Source: a bacterium
Lineage (GTDB): Bacteria; JADJOY01
DNA length: 64,000 bases
Direction: 5' to 3'
Assembly: GCA_046331705.1 (NCBI GenBank)
Contig: JAXLQJ010000025.1
Coordinates: 1-64,000, forward strand
In this document: piece after piece, positions 30,290-39,347 of the stretch
Position numbering within the stretch: the stretch's first letter is position 1
Layout: the number at the start of each line of letters is the position of its first letter
Made by a program: the position numbers and the translations under genes
Notes under the pieces: generated by a model
The model's input: the letters and a program-made list of their open reading frames with translations, nothing else
Told to the model about the DNA's origin: nothing
Database searches by the model: none

Positions 30290-30368
30290 GTGCTGCATCT
30301 AGAGCGCGCCGGGCGGCGAGCCACTAGATGTTGCGCTCGCTTGCAACCGGTCGGGAACGGCGCATAAT
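30290..30368 (+). promoter_or_regulatory. two NrdR-like boxes (31 bp apart) and a sigma70-like promoter
   Basis: GTGCTGCATCTAGAGC (30290-30305) and CCACTAGATGTTGCGC (30321-30336); TTGCAA (30341), 16 bp spacer, CATAAT (30363). Confidence 0.45.
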
Positions 30369-30392
30369 GAATGTCTGTTCACTATTCGTGAG

Positions 30393-31010
30393 GTGCCGGA
30401 AGTGGAATCCGGCGGCGCGCCAGTCGAGGTCGCGGGGGGCGGGTGTCCCACGCGACTGCAGCTCGCCGGTGGCGGGAGCTCGCCTTCGCTCGAAAGCGCC
30501 GGAGAGGATGACGCGATGGACACATCATCCGAGCCTCGCACCGGTGAGCCGGCGGTGCATTGGTGGCAGTGCAGGCCGGTCGAGGTCATGGCGCGCGGCG
30601 CGCGCATGGGCTCGATCACCATCGACGTCCGCGGCCGTCGTCCGTGGCTGGCGTCGCGCCAGCTCGGCGCCGCTGCGGTGGCCGCGCTGCGCGAGCTGGC
30701 GCGAGTCACGGGCGTTTCGATCTACGCGTATTGCGTCATGCCCGATCACGTCCATCTGGTGATCGGCGCGTCCGCCCGTTGCGATCTGCGCTCGTTCGCG
30801 CTGCGCTTCAAGCGCCAGGTCGAGCGCGCCGCGTGGGCCACGGGATTTCGCGAGCGGCTCTTCGAGGTCAGCTTCCGGGGACACGTCGTCCGGCACGGAA
30901 CCCAGCTCCGGTTCGTGATGTCGGAGGTCCTCGAGAATCCCGTGCGGCGCGGCCTCGTCCGCCACTGGAAGGAATACCCGTACGCCGGCTCCTTCGAGCT
31001 CGAGGTCTGA
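30393..31010 (+). CDS. RAYT/IS200 TnpA-like HUH (Y1) protein, apparently lacking the catalytic Tyr; start uncertain (30516 or 30588 possible)
   Basis: IYAYCVMPDHVHLVI (HUH), FK, LFEVSFRGHVVR, EVLENPVRRGLV...WKEYPYAGS. Confidence 0.85.
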   Translation: MPEVESGGAPVEVAGGGCPTRLQLAGGGSSPSLESAGEDDAMDTSSEPRTGEPAVHWWQCRPVEVMARGARMGSITIDVRGRRPWLASRQLGAAAVAALRELARVTGVSIYAYCVMPDHVHLVIGASARCDLRSFALRFKRQVERAAWATGFRERLFEVSFRGHVVRHGTQLRFVMSEVLENPVRRGLVRHWKEYPYAGSFELEV

Positions 31011-31038
31011 CGGCGCGATTGCCGCGGCCTTGCTCGGC

Positions 31039-32208
31039 TCAGGCGGCGTGGGCCGCAGGAGCGCCGCGCTTCGACCGCTGCAACGTGCCGAGCTCGATGT
31101 CGCCGAACGTGAAGCTCGGCTCGATCCCGCGGAAGAGCCACCACGCGGTGAACTCCGACGAGGTGACCGTGTTCGGAAACTCGGGGTTGCGCGCCGACGG
31201 CCCGGCGATCTCCTTCTCCTGCACCATCGACAGGTACTGATCCACGCTCGATTCCTGCGTGTTGCCGTTGAGCACCACCTCGACGCCGAGGTTCTTGGCG
31301 TAGCGCCGCACGGCGTTGATGCGCGAGCGCTCGGGCGCGAAGTTGTCGACGCCCACTCCGTTCTCGCTCGAGACCATCAATCCTTCCGAGGTGTGGACCA
31401 CCAGCGAGTGATTGCCGCGGGTGTGGCCAGGCGTCCGGATGAGCGCGATCCCCTCGCCGAGCTTCACGTCGCCCTCGAGCAGCACCACCCGCGAAGGGTC
31501 GATGCCGCGGGTACCGTTGGGGCAGTACCAGTCCGCTTGTGACGGCAGCAATCCCTGGGTGGCCTCCCATTCCTCGCGCATGATCAACAGCTTGGCGTTG
31601 GGGAAGACCGGCGCGCGTCCCTCGCCGCCGAGCCAGTTCCGCAGGTCCTGGGTGTGGAGGTGATCGTACGAGAGATAGTCCACGTCCTCGGGCGCGAGCC
31701 CGATCCGCTCGAGCCACTCGGTGACGGTGGGCCCCTGGGGCGCCACCAGCCGTTGCGCCGCGGTCTTCATCAATCCTTCCGCGCTCCACTCGCCGACCTT
31801 GCCCTTCATCTTGGCGAGCTTGCCCGCGCCCAGGCGCTTGAAGTAGCGCGTCTCGGCGTTGGCGAGGACGTCGCTCGGCGAGAACAGCAGCGTCTTGATC
31901 CCGTCGCTCGCCTGGAACTGCACGACGTAGAGTCGATTGACGATGTGCAGCACCGGGCTCGCCACCGGAAGCTGGGTGAACACGTTCGCGAACGCGAATC
32001 GCACCGGGTAGGGGACCCGCACCAGCTCGCAGGTCTTGTAGAAGAGCACCTCGCGGTTGGCGAGCATGCGCTCGCGGAAGGCGCGAGCGGCCTTGCGGAT
32101 CGCTTCCAGGCGGGTGAGCGGCACGCTCGACGCGCGTGCGCCGCGAAACGATTCGACTGGCTTGAACTCGGGCGTGGGCGTGACGGATCGAGAGCTGCGC
32201 TTGGCCAT
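31039..32208 (-). CDS. metallo-beta-lactamase fold protein with atypical metal motif
   Basis: DVDYLSYDHLHTQD, FPNAKL, RTPGHTRGNHSL. Confidence 0.8.
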   Translation of the reverse strand: MAKRSSRSVTPTPEFKPVESFRGARASSVPLTRLEAIRKAARAFRERMLANREVLFYKTCELVRVPYPVRFAFANVFTQLPVASPVLHIVNRLYVVQFQASDGIKTLLFSPSDVLANAETRYFKRLGAGKLAKMKGKVGEWSAEGLMKTAAQRLVAPQGPTVTEWLERIGLAPEDVDYLSYDHLHTQDLRNWLGGEGRAPVFPNAKLLIMREEWEATQGLLPSQADWYCPNGTRGIDPSRVVLLEGDVKLGEGIALIRTPGHTRGNHSLVVHTSEGLMVSSENGVGVDNFAPERSRINAVRRYAKNLGVEVVLNGNTQESSVDQYLSMVQEKEIAGPSARNPEFPNTVTSSEFTAWWLFRGIEPSFTFGDIELGTLQRSKRGAPAAHAA

Positions 32209-32318
32209 CGCGAGGTCCTCCGTGCGGGATCGAGGTGCGCACGGCAATCTGCCACCACTCGCGCCGCCGCCAAAGCGCGTGGCGCGGTGCGCACGCGGCG
32301 TGGCCGCCCGATCCCGGG

Positions 32319-32732
32319 TCAGACCTCTAGCGCGGTGGCGGCTTGCTCGAACTCGTCGGGGCGAACGTAGATCAGGTAGCCGAAGGTGCCGGTACCGTCA
32401 CTGACGCCGCTGGCCGCGTACACGTTCACGCCGGCCTGGAAGAGCTTCTCGTGGATGCCCGCCAGCGCCCCCAGCTCGTCGTCGCCGCGCACCAGCAGCG
32501 CGGGGTGGGGGCCGTCGAGCGAGATTCCGGCGCCCTTTCCGGCGTGGGTGAGCGCGCCGTCGTCCTCGGGGAAGATCGTGAGCTGGGCTCGATCCGGTCC
32601 CACGGGAACGGCCGTGAATGCGAGCAGGCTGACCCCCGACGCCGCGAGCTGCGCGAGCAGCTTGTAGGCCTCGCCGGGTTGGTCGCGCACCGTCGTGTTG
32701 TAGTAGTCGACGCGCCGAACGCGAATCGCCAT
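32319..32732 (-). CDS. tandem ACT domain protein
   Basis: DQPGEAYKLLAQLAASGVSL and DELGALAGIHEKLFQAGVNV; RBS AGGAGG. Confidence 0.8.
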   Translation of the reverse strand: MAIRVRRVDYYNTTVRDQPGEAYKLLAQLAASGVSLLAFTAVPVGPDRAQLTIFPEDDGALTHAGKGAGISLDGPHPALLVRGDDELGALAGIHEKLFQAGVNVYAASGVSDGTGTFGYLIYVRPDEFEQAATALEV

Positions 32733-32979
32733 GGCGTCACCTCCTGTGCGAAAGACTCGGCCTCGAGGAACTCATGCGTGCAACCGCTGCGCCCCGCGCC
32801 CCGCTCGCAAGGCCGACGCTCGACTCCACCGCGCCGCTCGGCCAACTGGTCACGGGAGTGAGGAATTCCCCGCGCCGGCTGGCGAGCGTTGAGGCGCGCG
32901 GAGCGGCCAACGATGCCGCACGGTTACGAGCGGGTGCCGCGCGGCGGGCACGCGTCGTGCCGTGGTAGCGGAGTGAACG

Positions 32980-33777
32980 GTGGCGGATCTGCCCGTCGAC
33001 GTCATCCACGAGGACAGCGAGCTGCTGGTGGTGCGCAAGCCGGCGGGGCTCGTGTGCCATCCGACCAAGGGCGATGCGTGGTCGAGCCTGATCGGGCGGC
33101 TTCGTCTGCACCTGGGCGAGCTCGCCCGTGCCCACCTCGTGAACCGCCTGGACCGCGAAACCAGCGGGCTCGTGCTCGTCGCGAAGACGGCTGCTGCGGC
33201 GCGCGTGCTCGGCAAGGCGATCGAGGCGCGCGCCGTCGAGAAGCGCTATCTCGCGATCGTCCACGGCCACCTCGCGACCGATCGCGTGGTCGTCGACGCA
33301 CCGCTCGGCCGTGACGAGTCGAGCGCGGTGGGCATCCGGGATCGAGTCCGCGCGGACGGGGCCGCGGCAGTCACCGAGGTCGAGGTGGAGCGTCGCTTCG
33401 CGAACTCCTTCGGTGCCTTCACGCTGTTGCGTGTGCGGCCGCTCACGGGTCGCAAGCACCAGATCCGCATTCACCTGGCGCACCTCGGCCACCCGATCGT
33501 GGGCGACAAGATCTACGGGCCGGACCCGGACTTCTATCTCGCACTGGTCCAGGGACGTCTCGACGAGCGGATGCGGCGGGCCCTGATCCTGCCGTGGCAC
33601 GCGCTCCACGCCGGTGGCCTCGCATTCGTCTGGCAGGGTGACGTGCGGAGCTTCGAAGCCGCGCCCGAGCCCGGCTTCGTCGCGTTTCTCGAGCGAGGCG
33701 AGGCGCCGCGAGCCGCGGATTGGCCCGTGACCGCCCTCGGCGATCGCGCGGCCTCGGCTCAGCCGCCCGCGCGCTGA
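32980..33777 (+). CDS. RluA family pseudouridine synthase
   Basis: [40 protein letters not shown]. Confidence 0.93.
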   Translation: MADLPVDVIHEDSELLVVRKPAGLVCHPTKGDAWSSLIGRLRLHLGELARAHLVNRLDRETSGLVLVAKTAAAARVLGKAIEARAVEKRYLAIVHGHLATDRVVVDAPLGRDESSAVGIRDRVRADGAAAVTEVEVERRFANSFGAFTLLRVRPLTGRKHQIRIHLAHLGHPIVGDKIYGPDPDFYLALVQGRLDERMRRALILPWHALHAGGLAFVWQGDVRSFEAAPEPGFVAFLERGEAPRAADWPVTALGDRAASAQPPAR

Positions 33778-33946
33778 CGCCGCGGTTTCACCGTTGGCGC
33801 GGCAACGCCGCGTCCGCGCTGGCCTCCATCCAGGCACGCCACTTCCGGTCGACGGGGGCTGCGATGTTACGATCGTTCGTCGATTTCGCGAACGTCGTGT
33901 GAACCTGCGGTGGCGCCCGCGACGCCACCCGCGAGAGGAGTGTCCC

Positions 33947-35017
33947 GTGAGGAACGTAGCGAGCGTGGGGCGATGGGCCGCGACGGCGGCGTTGCTGGCG
34001 GCGACCGCGACGGCCGCGTCCGCCGCGAGCGTCTGCAACGGTTCCGCGTCGCTGTGCGCGAAGCGCTACGACCAGGTGGCGTATCCGACCACGCACAACG
34101 CGTTCGCCAACGCGGCGCACGGCTTCGTGTTCAATCGCAACCAGACCTACGACATGACGCGGCAGATGCAGGACGGCATTCGCGGCTTGATGCTGGATGC
34201 GCATCCGTACCTGGGCACCGTGTATCTCTGCCACGGCGAGAACCTCTGCGCCCTCGGCAACGAGTCGCTCGCTGCCGGGCTCGCCGAGATCAAGAGCTTC
34301 CTCGACTCGCACCCCGAGGACATCGTCACGATCATCTTCGAGAGCTACGTGCCCGCGGCCGACATCGCCGCGGTGTTCCAGCAGGTGGGGCTGCTCGATC
34401 CCGCGCATCCCAGCGACGACTATCTCCTGCGCTACACGGGGGGTGCGTGGCCGACCCTCGGCGCCATGATCGACGCTGGCGAGCGGCTGGTGGTGTTCAG
34501 CGACGTGAACGAGCAGGCGAGCTATCCCTGGTATCACTATCTCTGGAGCACGCTGGTCTTCGAGACTCCGTACAGCGTCGCCACCGTCGGCGACTTCACG
34601 TGCGCCGACAATCGCGGCTCTCCCAACAACGATCTCTTCATCCTCAATCACTTCCTGACGGGCGCCCTCGGCGCCTCGCCGGACCTCGCCGCGCAAGCCA
34701 ACGCGAACCCGTTCTTCGTGGATCGCGCCCTGGAATGCCAGACCTACTACGGCCGGATCCCCAACTATCCGACCGTCGACTACTACGAGATCGGCAACGT
34801 CTTCGACGTCACCGCGGCGCTCAACGGAACCGCGGCCAGCTGCGTCGATCACGATGGCGACGGCTACGGCAGCCCGGCGTCCGCGTCTTGCTCGCACGCC
34901 GGCACGGACTGCAACGACTCGAATGCCGCCGTGAATCCTGGCGCCACCGAGATCCCGGGCAACGGGATCGACGACGACTGCAACGCCGCTACACCGGGCG
35001 GCTGCAGCGCGCCCTGA
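33947..35017 (+). CDS. secreted PI-PLC-like phosphodiesterase with C-terminal Cys/Asp metal-binding repeat
   Basis: TTHNAF, DGIRGLMLDAH, YLCHG, IVTIIFESY; DHDGDGYG...DCND...PGATEIPGNGIDDDCN. Confidence 0.85.
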   Translation: MRNVASVGRWAATAALLAATATAASAASVCNGSASLCAKRYDQVAYPTTHNAFANAAHGFVFNRNQTYDMTRQMQDGIRGLMLDAHPYLGTVYLCHGENLCALGNESLAAGLAEIKSFLDSHPEDIVTIIFESYVPAADIAAVFQQVGLLDPAHPSDDYLLRYTGGAWPTLGAMIDAGERLVVFSDVNEQASYPWYHYLWSTLVFETPYSVATVGDFTCADNRGSPNNDLFILNHFLTGALGASPDLAAQANANPFFVDRALECQTYYGRIPNYPTVDYYEIGNVFDVTAALNGTAASCVDHDGDGYGSPASASCSHAGTDCNDSNAAVNPGATEIPGNGIDDDCNAATPGGCSAP

Positions 35018-35170
35018 GCGTTCGCCGCGCCGCGCGCAACCCGGTCTGGCGCGGTGGGACGGCCACCCTGCGATTCGAGCGGCGGCGGGGCCGGGGTGGC
35101 CGTCGCCGCCATCCGCCGGCGCCGAATCCCGTCGCGTGATCTACGCTCGCGCCCGAATCCCTTCGCGGAG

Positions 35171-36364
35171 GTGCGCGTGGCGGCGTGCGTGCGGTCGTGG
35201 CCGTTGGTGGTGTGGGCGCTGGCGAGCATCGTCGGCTGCGGTGATGCCGGGCGCTCGGATCCGTTTCCGGAGGCGGAGGCTCAGGGGCTGACGCGCTTCT
35301 TCGATAGCGCCGCGCCTGTCGCCACCACCCAGCCCGAGCCGGGCGTCGTGACCTACGAGTTCGACCCCGCCGACGGCCCGCAGTGCCTGACCGGCGAGCC
35401 CTACCGGTTCTCGGTCCGTGACCAGGGCTCGCGCGATCTCATGCTCTTCTTGCAGGGCGGTGGCGCCTGCTGGTCCGAGCTCTGCCTCGCGATCGTCACC
35501 GCGCCAGCGGGCATCGCCCACGTCGACGTGCTCGACGTCGAGAAGCCCACCAATCCCTTTCGGGACACCAGCGTCGTCTACCTTCCGTACTGCGACGGCT
35601 CGATGTTCGCGGGACAGGCCGAGCGCGACACCGACGGAGACGGCACGCCCGACAGGATCTGGCGCGGCCTGCAGAATCTCTCCGTCACCCTCGACCTCGC
35701 GGCGCGGCAGTTCCCGAGCCCGCGCCGCATCTACCTGGTCGGCTCGAGCGGCGGCTCGTACGGCACGATTCCCGCGACGATCCTGGTGCGCAAGAAGTGG
35801 CCCGACGCCGAGATCCGCGCCGTCGAGGACGCCGGACTCGGGATCGCGCGCCCCGCGGCCCCGAGCTTCGTGAACGGGCTCTTGAGCGAGCTCGGTGCCG
35901 CCGACTTCATTCCCGACACGTGCGTGGACTGTACGGGAGATGGTCACATCACGCGCCTGGTGGCGTGGGAGCTGGAACGCGACCCCAAGCTCTCGGTGCA
36001 GGCGCTCGGTGCCTTCGAGGACTACGTGATCGGCGACGTGTTCCTCGGGATCGGCGGCGCGGCGTACGGGGACGCGGTCGCGACGGAGACCGGCCGGCTC
36101 GCGGAGCGGTTCCCGGCCCGCTACAAACGCTTCCTCGTCGACGGCCGCGAGCACACGCTCACCCTCGGCAACATCACGGGCATCACGGGCAGCGATTTCG
36201 GCGCGCTGCTCGTCGAGCCGCGCTGGAAGACGCTGCAGCTGCTTCCCGTCCAGCTCGGCGGGATCGACACCGCGGTGATCGACGGCACGCCGCTCGCGGC
36301 GTGGCTCGACGCCATGATTCGCGACGACCCGCGGGTGTGGCGCGATCTCGTCGCCACGCGCTGA
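35171..36364 (+). CDS. pectin acetylesterase/Notum-like lipoprotein hydrolase; start approximate
   Basis: IVGC lipobox; LFLQGGGACW, YLPYCDGS, GSSGGSYG. Confidence 0.85.
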   Translation: MRVAACVRSWPLVVWALASIVGCGDAGRSDPFPEAEAQGLTRFFDSAAPVATTQPEPGVVTYEFDPADGPQCLTGEPYRFSVRDQGSRDLMLFLQGGGACWSELCLAIVTAPAGIAHVDVLDVEKPTNPFRDTSVVYLPYCDGSMFAGQAERDTDGDGTPDRIWRGLQNLSVTLDLAARQFPSPRRIYLVGSSGGSYGTIPATILVRKKWPDAEIRAVEDAGLGIARPAAPSFVNGLLSELGAADFIPDTCVDCTGDGHITRLVAWELERDPKLSVQALGAFEDYVIGDVFLGIGGAAYGDAVATETGRLAERFPARYKRFLVDGREHTLTLGNITGITGSDFGALLVEPRWKTLQLLPVQLGGIDTAVIDGTPLAAWLDAMIRDDPRVWRDLVATR

Positions 36365-36413
36365 GCCGAACGGCGATGGGGACGCGATCCCCGATCTTGC
36401 GCCGGAAGCTCGC

Positions 36414-36908
36414 TCACGCCGGGTCGCGCGCGACGCGCACCGGCTTGGCGTCGAGCACCCGCAGGAGCTCGCGTGGAGCGATCGCGACCAGGAATCCGCG
36501 CTTGCCGCCGTTCACGTAGATCGTGGGCAGCGCGAGGATGGATTCCTCGACGTAGATCGGCATCGCGCGTCTCAGCCCGAAAGGCGAGGTGCCGCCGACC
36601 TGGTAGCCGGAGTGACGATCCGCCACCTCGGGTTTGCACGGCTCGATCGACTTGACCCCGAGGTGCCGCGCCAGCTCCTTCGTGGAGACCTCGCGATCGC
36701 CGTGCATGAGCACGACCAGCGGCTGGCGCCGCTCGTCCTCCATCACCAGCGTCTTCACCACCGCGTGCTCGTCGACGCCCAGCTCGCGCGCCGACACCGC
36801 CGTGCCGCCCCGTTCCTCGTAACGGTAGAGGTGCGGCGCGAAATCCACCTTCGCCGCGCGCAAGGTCCGCACGGCCTGGGTCGCGGGAACCTTGTCGTCC
36901 TTGCTCAT
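36414..36908 (-). CDS. ybaK: Cys-tRNA(Pro) deacylase YbaK/EbsC
   Basis: VVKTLV, GYQVGGTSPFG, NGGKRG. Confidence 0.93.
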   Translation of the reverse strand: MSKDDKVPATQAVRTLRAAKVDFAPHLYRYEERGGTAVSARELGVDEHAVVKTLVMEDERRQPLVVLMHGDREVSTKELARHLGVKSIEPCKPEVADRHSGYQVGGTSPFGLRRAMPIYVEESILALPTIYVNGGKRGFLVAIAPRELLRVLDAKPVRVARDPA

Positions 36909-36990
36909 GGCGCGCCCGGGCGTCGCTGGAAATACGCGTGCCCGTCGGTCGCGTCAATGTGCGATAACGCGCACGGCGAGAATCGAGAGC

Positions 36991-37719
36991 ATGACCGAAT
37001 CGCAGCCCACGCTTCGCTTCGCGGCCGCCGACCCCGGCGCACTGCGCCGCGCGTGGGAGACCGAGGTCCAGAAGGGGCGGCTCGCGATCCCCGACGATCC
37101 CAGCGTGCCGCTCCTCGCGGCGGTGAGCGTCGCGCTCGTGCTCGACGGGCAGGAGGTCGCGCGCATCGCGGGACGAACGGTGCATCGCGGCGGCGGATGG
37201 CTCGGCCTGCAGGTCGCCGGCGTGACCGACGAGATGCAGGCGGCGTACGAGCGCGCGCTGGCGCGCGCCGAGCGGCAGCCCGACGCGAAGGAGCCGAAAA
37301 CCGCGGACGCGCGCCCCATCGCGTTGCGCTACGCGGAGATGGGGCCCGCCGAGAAGACGCAGGTCGCGTTGCGCGGCGATCGCGACGGGCGTCTGCAGGT
37401 GATGAAGGAAGGCAATCCGAACCTGCTCAAGTTCCTGTTGCAGAACCCGCGCACCACGCCGCAGGAGCTCGCGACCCTCGCGGGCAACGCATCGTCGTCG
37501 CTCGATCTGCTCAAGCTCATCTCCGATCATCCGATGCTCCCTCAGAACGAGTCGATCCGCGTGGCGCTGGTGAAGAACCCGCGCGCGCCGGTGCCATTGG
37601 TGAAGCAACACATCGAGAAGCTCTCGCAAGGGCAGCTCGCGCAGCTGGGCAAGAGTCCGCACGTGCGCGACGAGGTCCGCCGGCTCGCGCTCAAGCGGGT
37701 GCTCGATCGGAGGGTGTGA
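36991..37719 (+). CDS. hypothetical protein (possible PilZ-like N-terminus, helical-repeat C-terminus)
   Basis: LLQNPRTT and ALVKNPRAP repeats; RBS GAGAG; directly upstream of the CoA ligase. Confidence 0.75.
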   Translation: MTESQPTLRFAAADPGALRRAWETEVQKGRLAIPDDPSVPLLAAVSVALVLDGQEVARIAGRTVHRGGGWLGLQVAGVTDEMQAAYERALARAERQPDAKEPKTADARPIALRYAEMGPAEKTQVALRGDRDGRLQVMKEGNPNLLKFLLQNPRTTPQELATLAGNASSSLDLLKLISDHPMLPQNESIRVALVKNPRAPVPLVKQHIEKLSQGQLAQLGKSPHVRDEVRRLALKRVLDRRV

Positions 37720-37720
37720 C

Positions 37721-39295
37721 GTGCAGGTCCCGCTCCTGGTGAACGATTTCCTGCGCCGCGCCGCGCTGCTCTATCCGGACAAGCTGGCGGTGGTCGACGG
37801 CGAGCGGCGCTTCACGTATCGCGAGCTCCGGGAACGCGTCCATCGGCTCTCGAACGCGCTGCGCTCGCTCGGCATCGGCAAGGGCGACCGCGTCTGCGTC
37901 CTCAGCCCGAACTCGCATTTCTTCCTGGAGAGCTTCTACGGCACGAGCCTGATCGGCGCGGTGCTGGTGCCGCTCAACTACCGGCTGGTCGCCGCCGACC
38001 ACGAGTACATCCTGAATCACGCGGGCGTGCGCGCGGTGCTGGTCGATCCGGACTACACCGCGGTGGTCGACGAGATCCGCGACCGCTTGACGACCGTGGA
38101 GCACTGGATCGTCGCCGCCGACTCGCCGCTCGCGCACGCCGGCTGGCAGGACTGGGAGACCCTGGTCGCCGCCAGCTCCGCCGCCGCGCCGCCCGCGGTC
38201 GAGCTCGGCGAGAACGACGTGGTCTCGATCAATTACACGTCCGGGACCACCGCCCGCCCCAAGGGCGTGATGCTGACCCACCGCAATTGCTACGTGAACG
38301 CGTACTCGCTCATCGCGCACCTGCGCGTCGCTCACGAGGACGTCGAGCTCTGGACCTTGCCGATGTTCCACTGCAACGGCTGGGGCGGCGTCTACGCGCT
38401 CACGGCGATGGGCGGCACCCACGTGATCCTGCGGTCCATCGACGCGGAGCGGATCTTCACGCTGATCGAGCAGGAGGGTGTCACCTTCGCGTGCATGGCT
38501 CCTGCGGTGCTGAACGCGATCCTTCAATACCCGCACCGCGCGAAGCACGCGATCCGCACCCGGCCGCGCTTCACGGTGGCGGGCGCGCCGCCGCCGGCCG
38601 CGTTCATCGAGCGCCTCGAGACCGAGCTGGGCTGGCAGTTCCTCCAGATCTACGGCCTCACCGAGACCTCACCCGTGCTCACCGTCTCCGCGCCGGATCA
38701 CCAGACGGAGGCGAACGATTGGCAGCGCCGAGCGCGCGCGGGCGTGCCGGCGATCGGGGTCGAGATCGCGCTGCTCGATGCCGACGGGAACCTCGTGCCC
38801 CAGGACGGCGCCACCGTGGGCGAGGTGTGCGCGCGCTCCAACGTGGTCTTCGAGGGTTATTGGCGCCAGCCCGAGGAGACGGCCAAGGCCATCCGCGGCG
38901 GCTACTTCCACACCGGCGATCTGGGCGTGTGGGATTCGGTGGGCAACGTCCACATCGTGGATCGCCAGAAGGACGTGATCATCTCGGGCGGCGAGAACAT
39001 CAGCTCGCCCGAGATCGAGGACGCGCTCTACCAACATCCCGCCGTGGGCGAGTGCGCCGTGATCGGCGTGCCGGATGCGAGATGGGGCGAGACTCCCAAG
39101 GCGCTGGTGGTGCTGCGACCCGGCACCCATGCCACCGAGACCGAGCTGATCGCGTTCTGCCGCGGGCGGCTCGCCCACTTCAAGTGCCCGACCTCGATCG
39201 AGCTGGTGGAGGCGTTGCCGCGCACGGCGACCGGCAAGCTCCAGAAGTTCAAGCTGCGCGAGAAGTACTGGCCCAGCGGACGGCGGGTGAACTGA
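37721..39295 (+). CDS. acyl-CoA synthetase (long-chain fatty acid-CoA ligase family)
   Basis: YTSGTTARPKG, PMFHCNGW, YGLTET, FHTGD, DRQKDVIISGGENI, PRTATGK. Confidence 0.95.
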   Translation: MQVPLLVNDFLRRAALLYPDKLAVVDGERRFTYRELRERVHRLSNALRSLGIGKGDRVCVLSPNSHFFLESFYGTSLIGAVLVPLNYRLVAADHEYILNHAGVRAVLVDPDYTAVVDEIRDRLTTVEHWIVAADSPLAHAGWQDWETLVAASSAAAPPAVELGENDVVSINYTSGTTARPKGVMLTHRNCYVNAYSLIAHLRVAHEDVELWTLPMFHCNGWGGVYALTAMGGTHVILRSIDAERIFTLIEQEGVTFACMAPAVLNAILQYPHRAKHAIRTRPRFTVAGAPPPAAFIERLETELGWQFLQIYGLTETSPVLTVSAPDHQTEANDWQRRARAGVPAIGVEIALLDADGNLVPQDGATVGEVCARSNVVFEGYWRQPEETAKAIRGGYFHTGDLGVWDSVGNVHIVDRQKDVIISGGENISSPEIEDALYQHPAVGECAVIGVPDARWGETPKALVVLRPGTHATETELIAFCRGRLAHFKCPTSIELVEALPRTATGKLQKFKLREKYWPSGRRVN

Positions 39296-39347
39296 GGGAT
39301 TCGTTCGGGAGGCTTTCCAATCCCCCCGTCCGCTGCATTCGGCGGCG

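Noticed and set aside
30393-31010. Active IS200/IS605 element
   Set aside because: No tnpB, no clear terminal hairpins and no catalytic Tyr, so it is listed as a CDS rather than a mobile element
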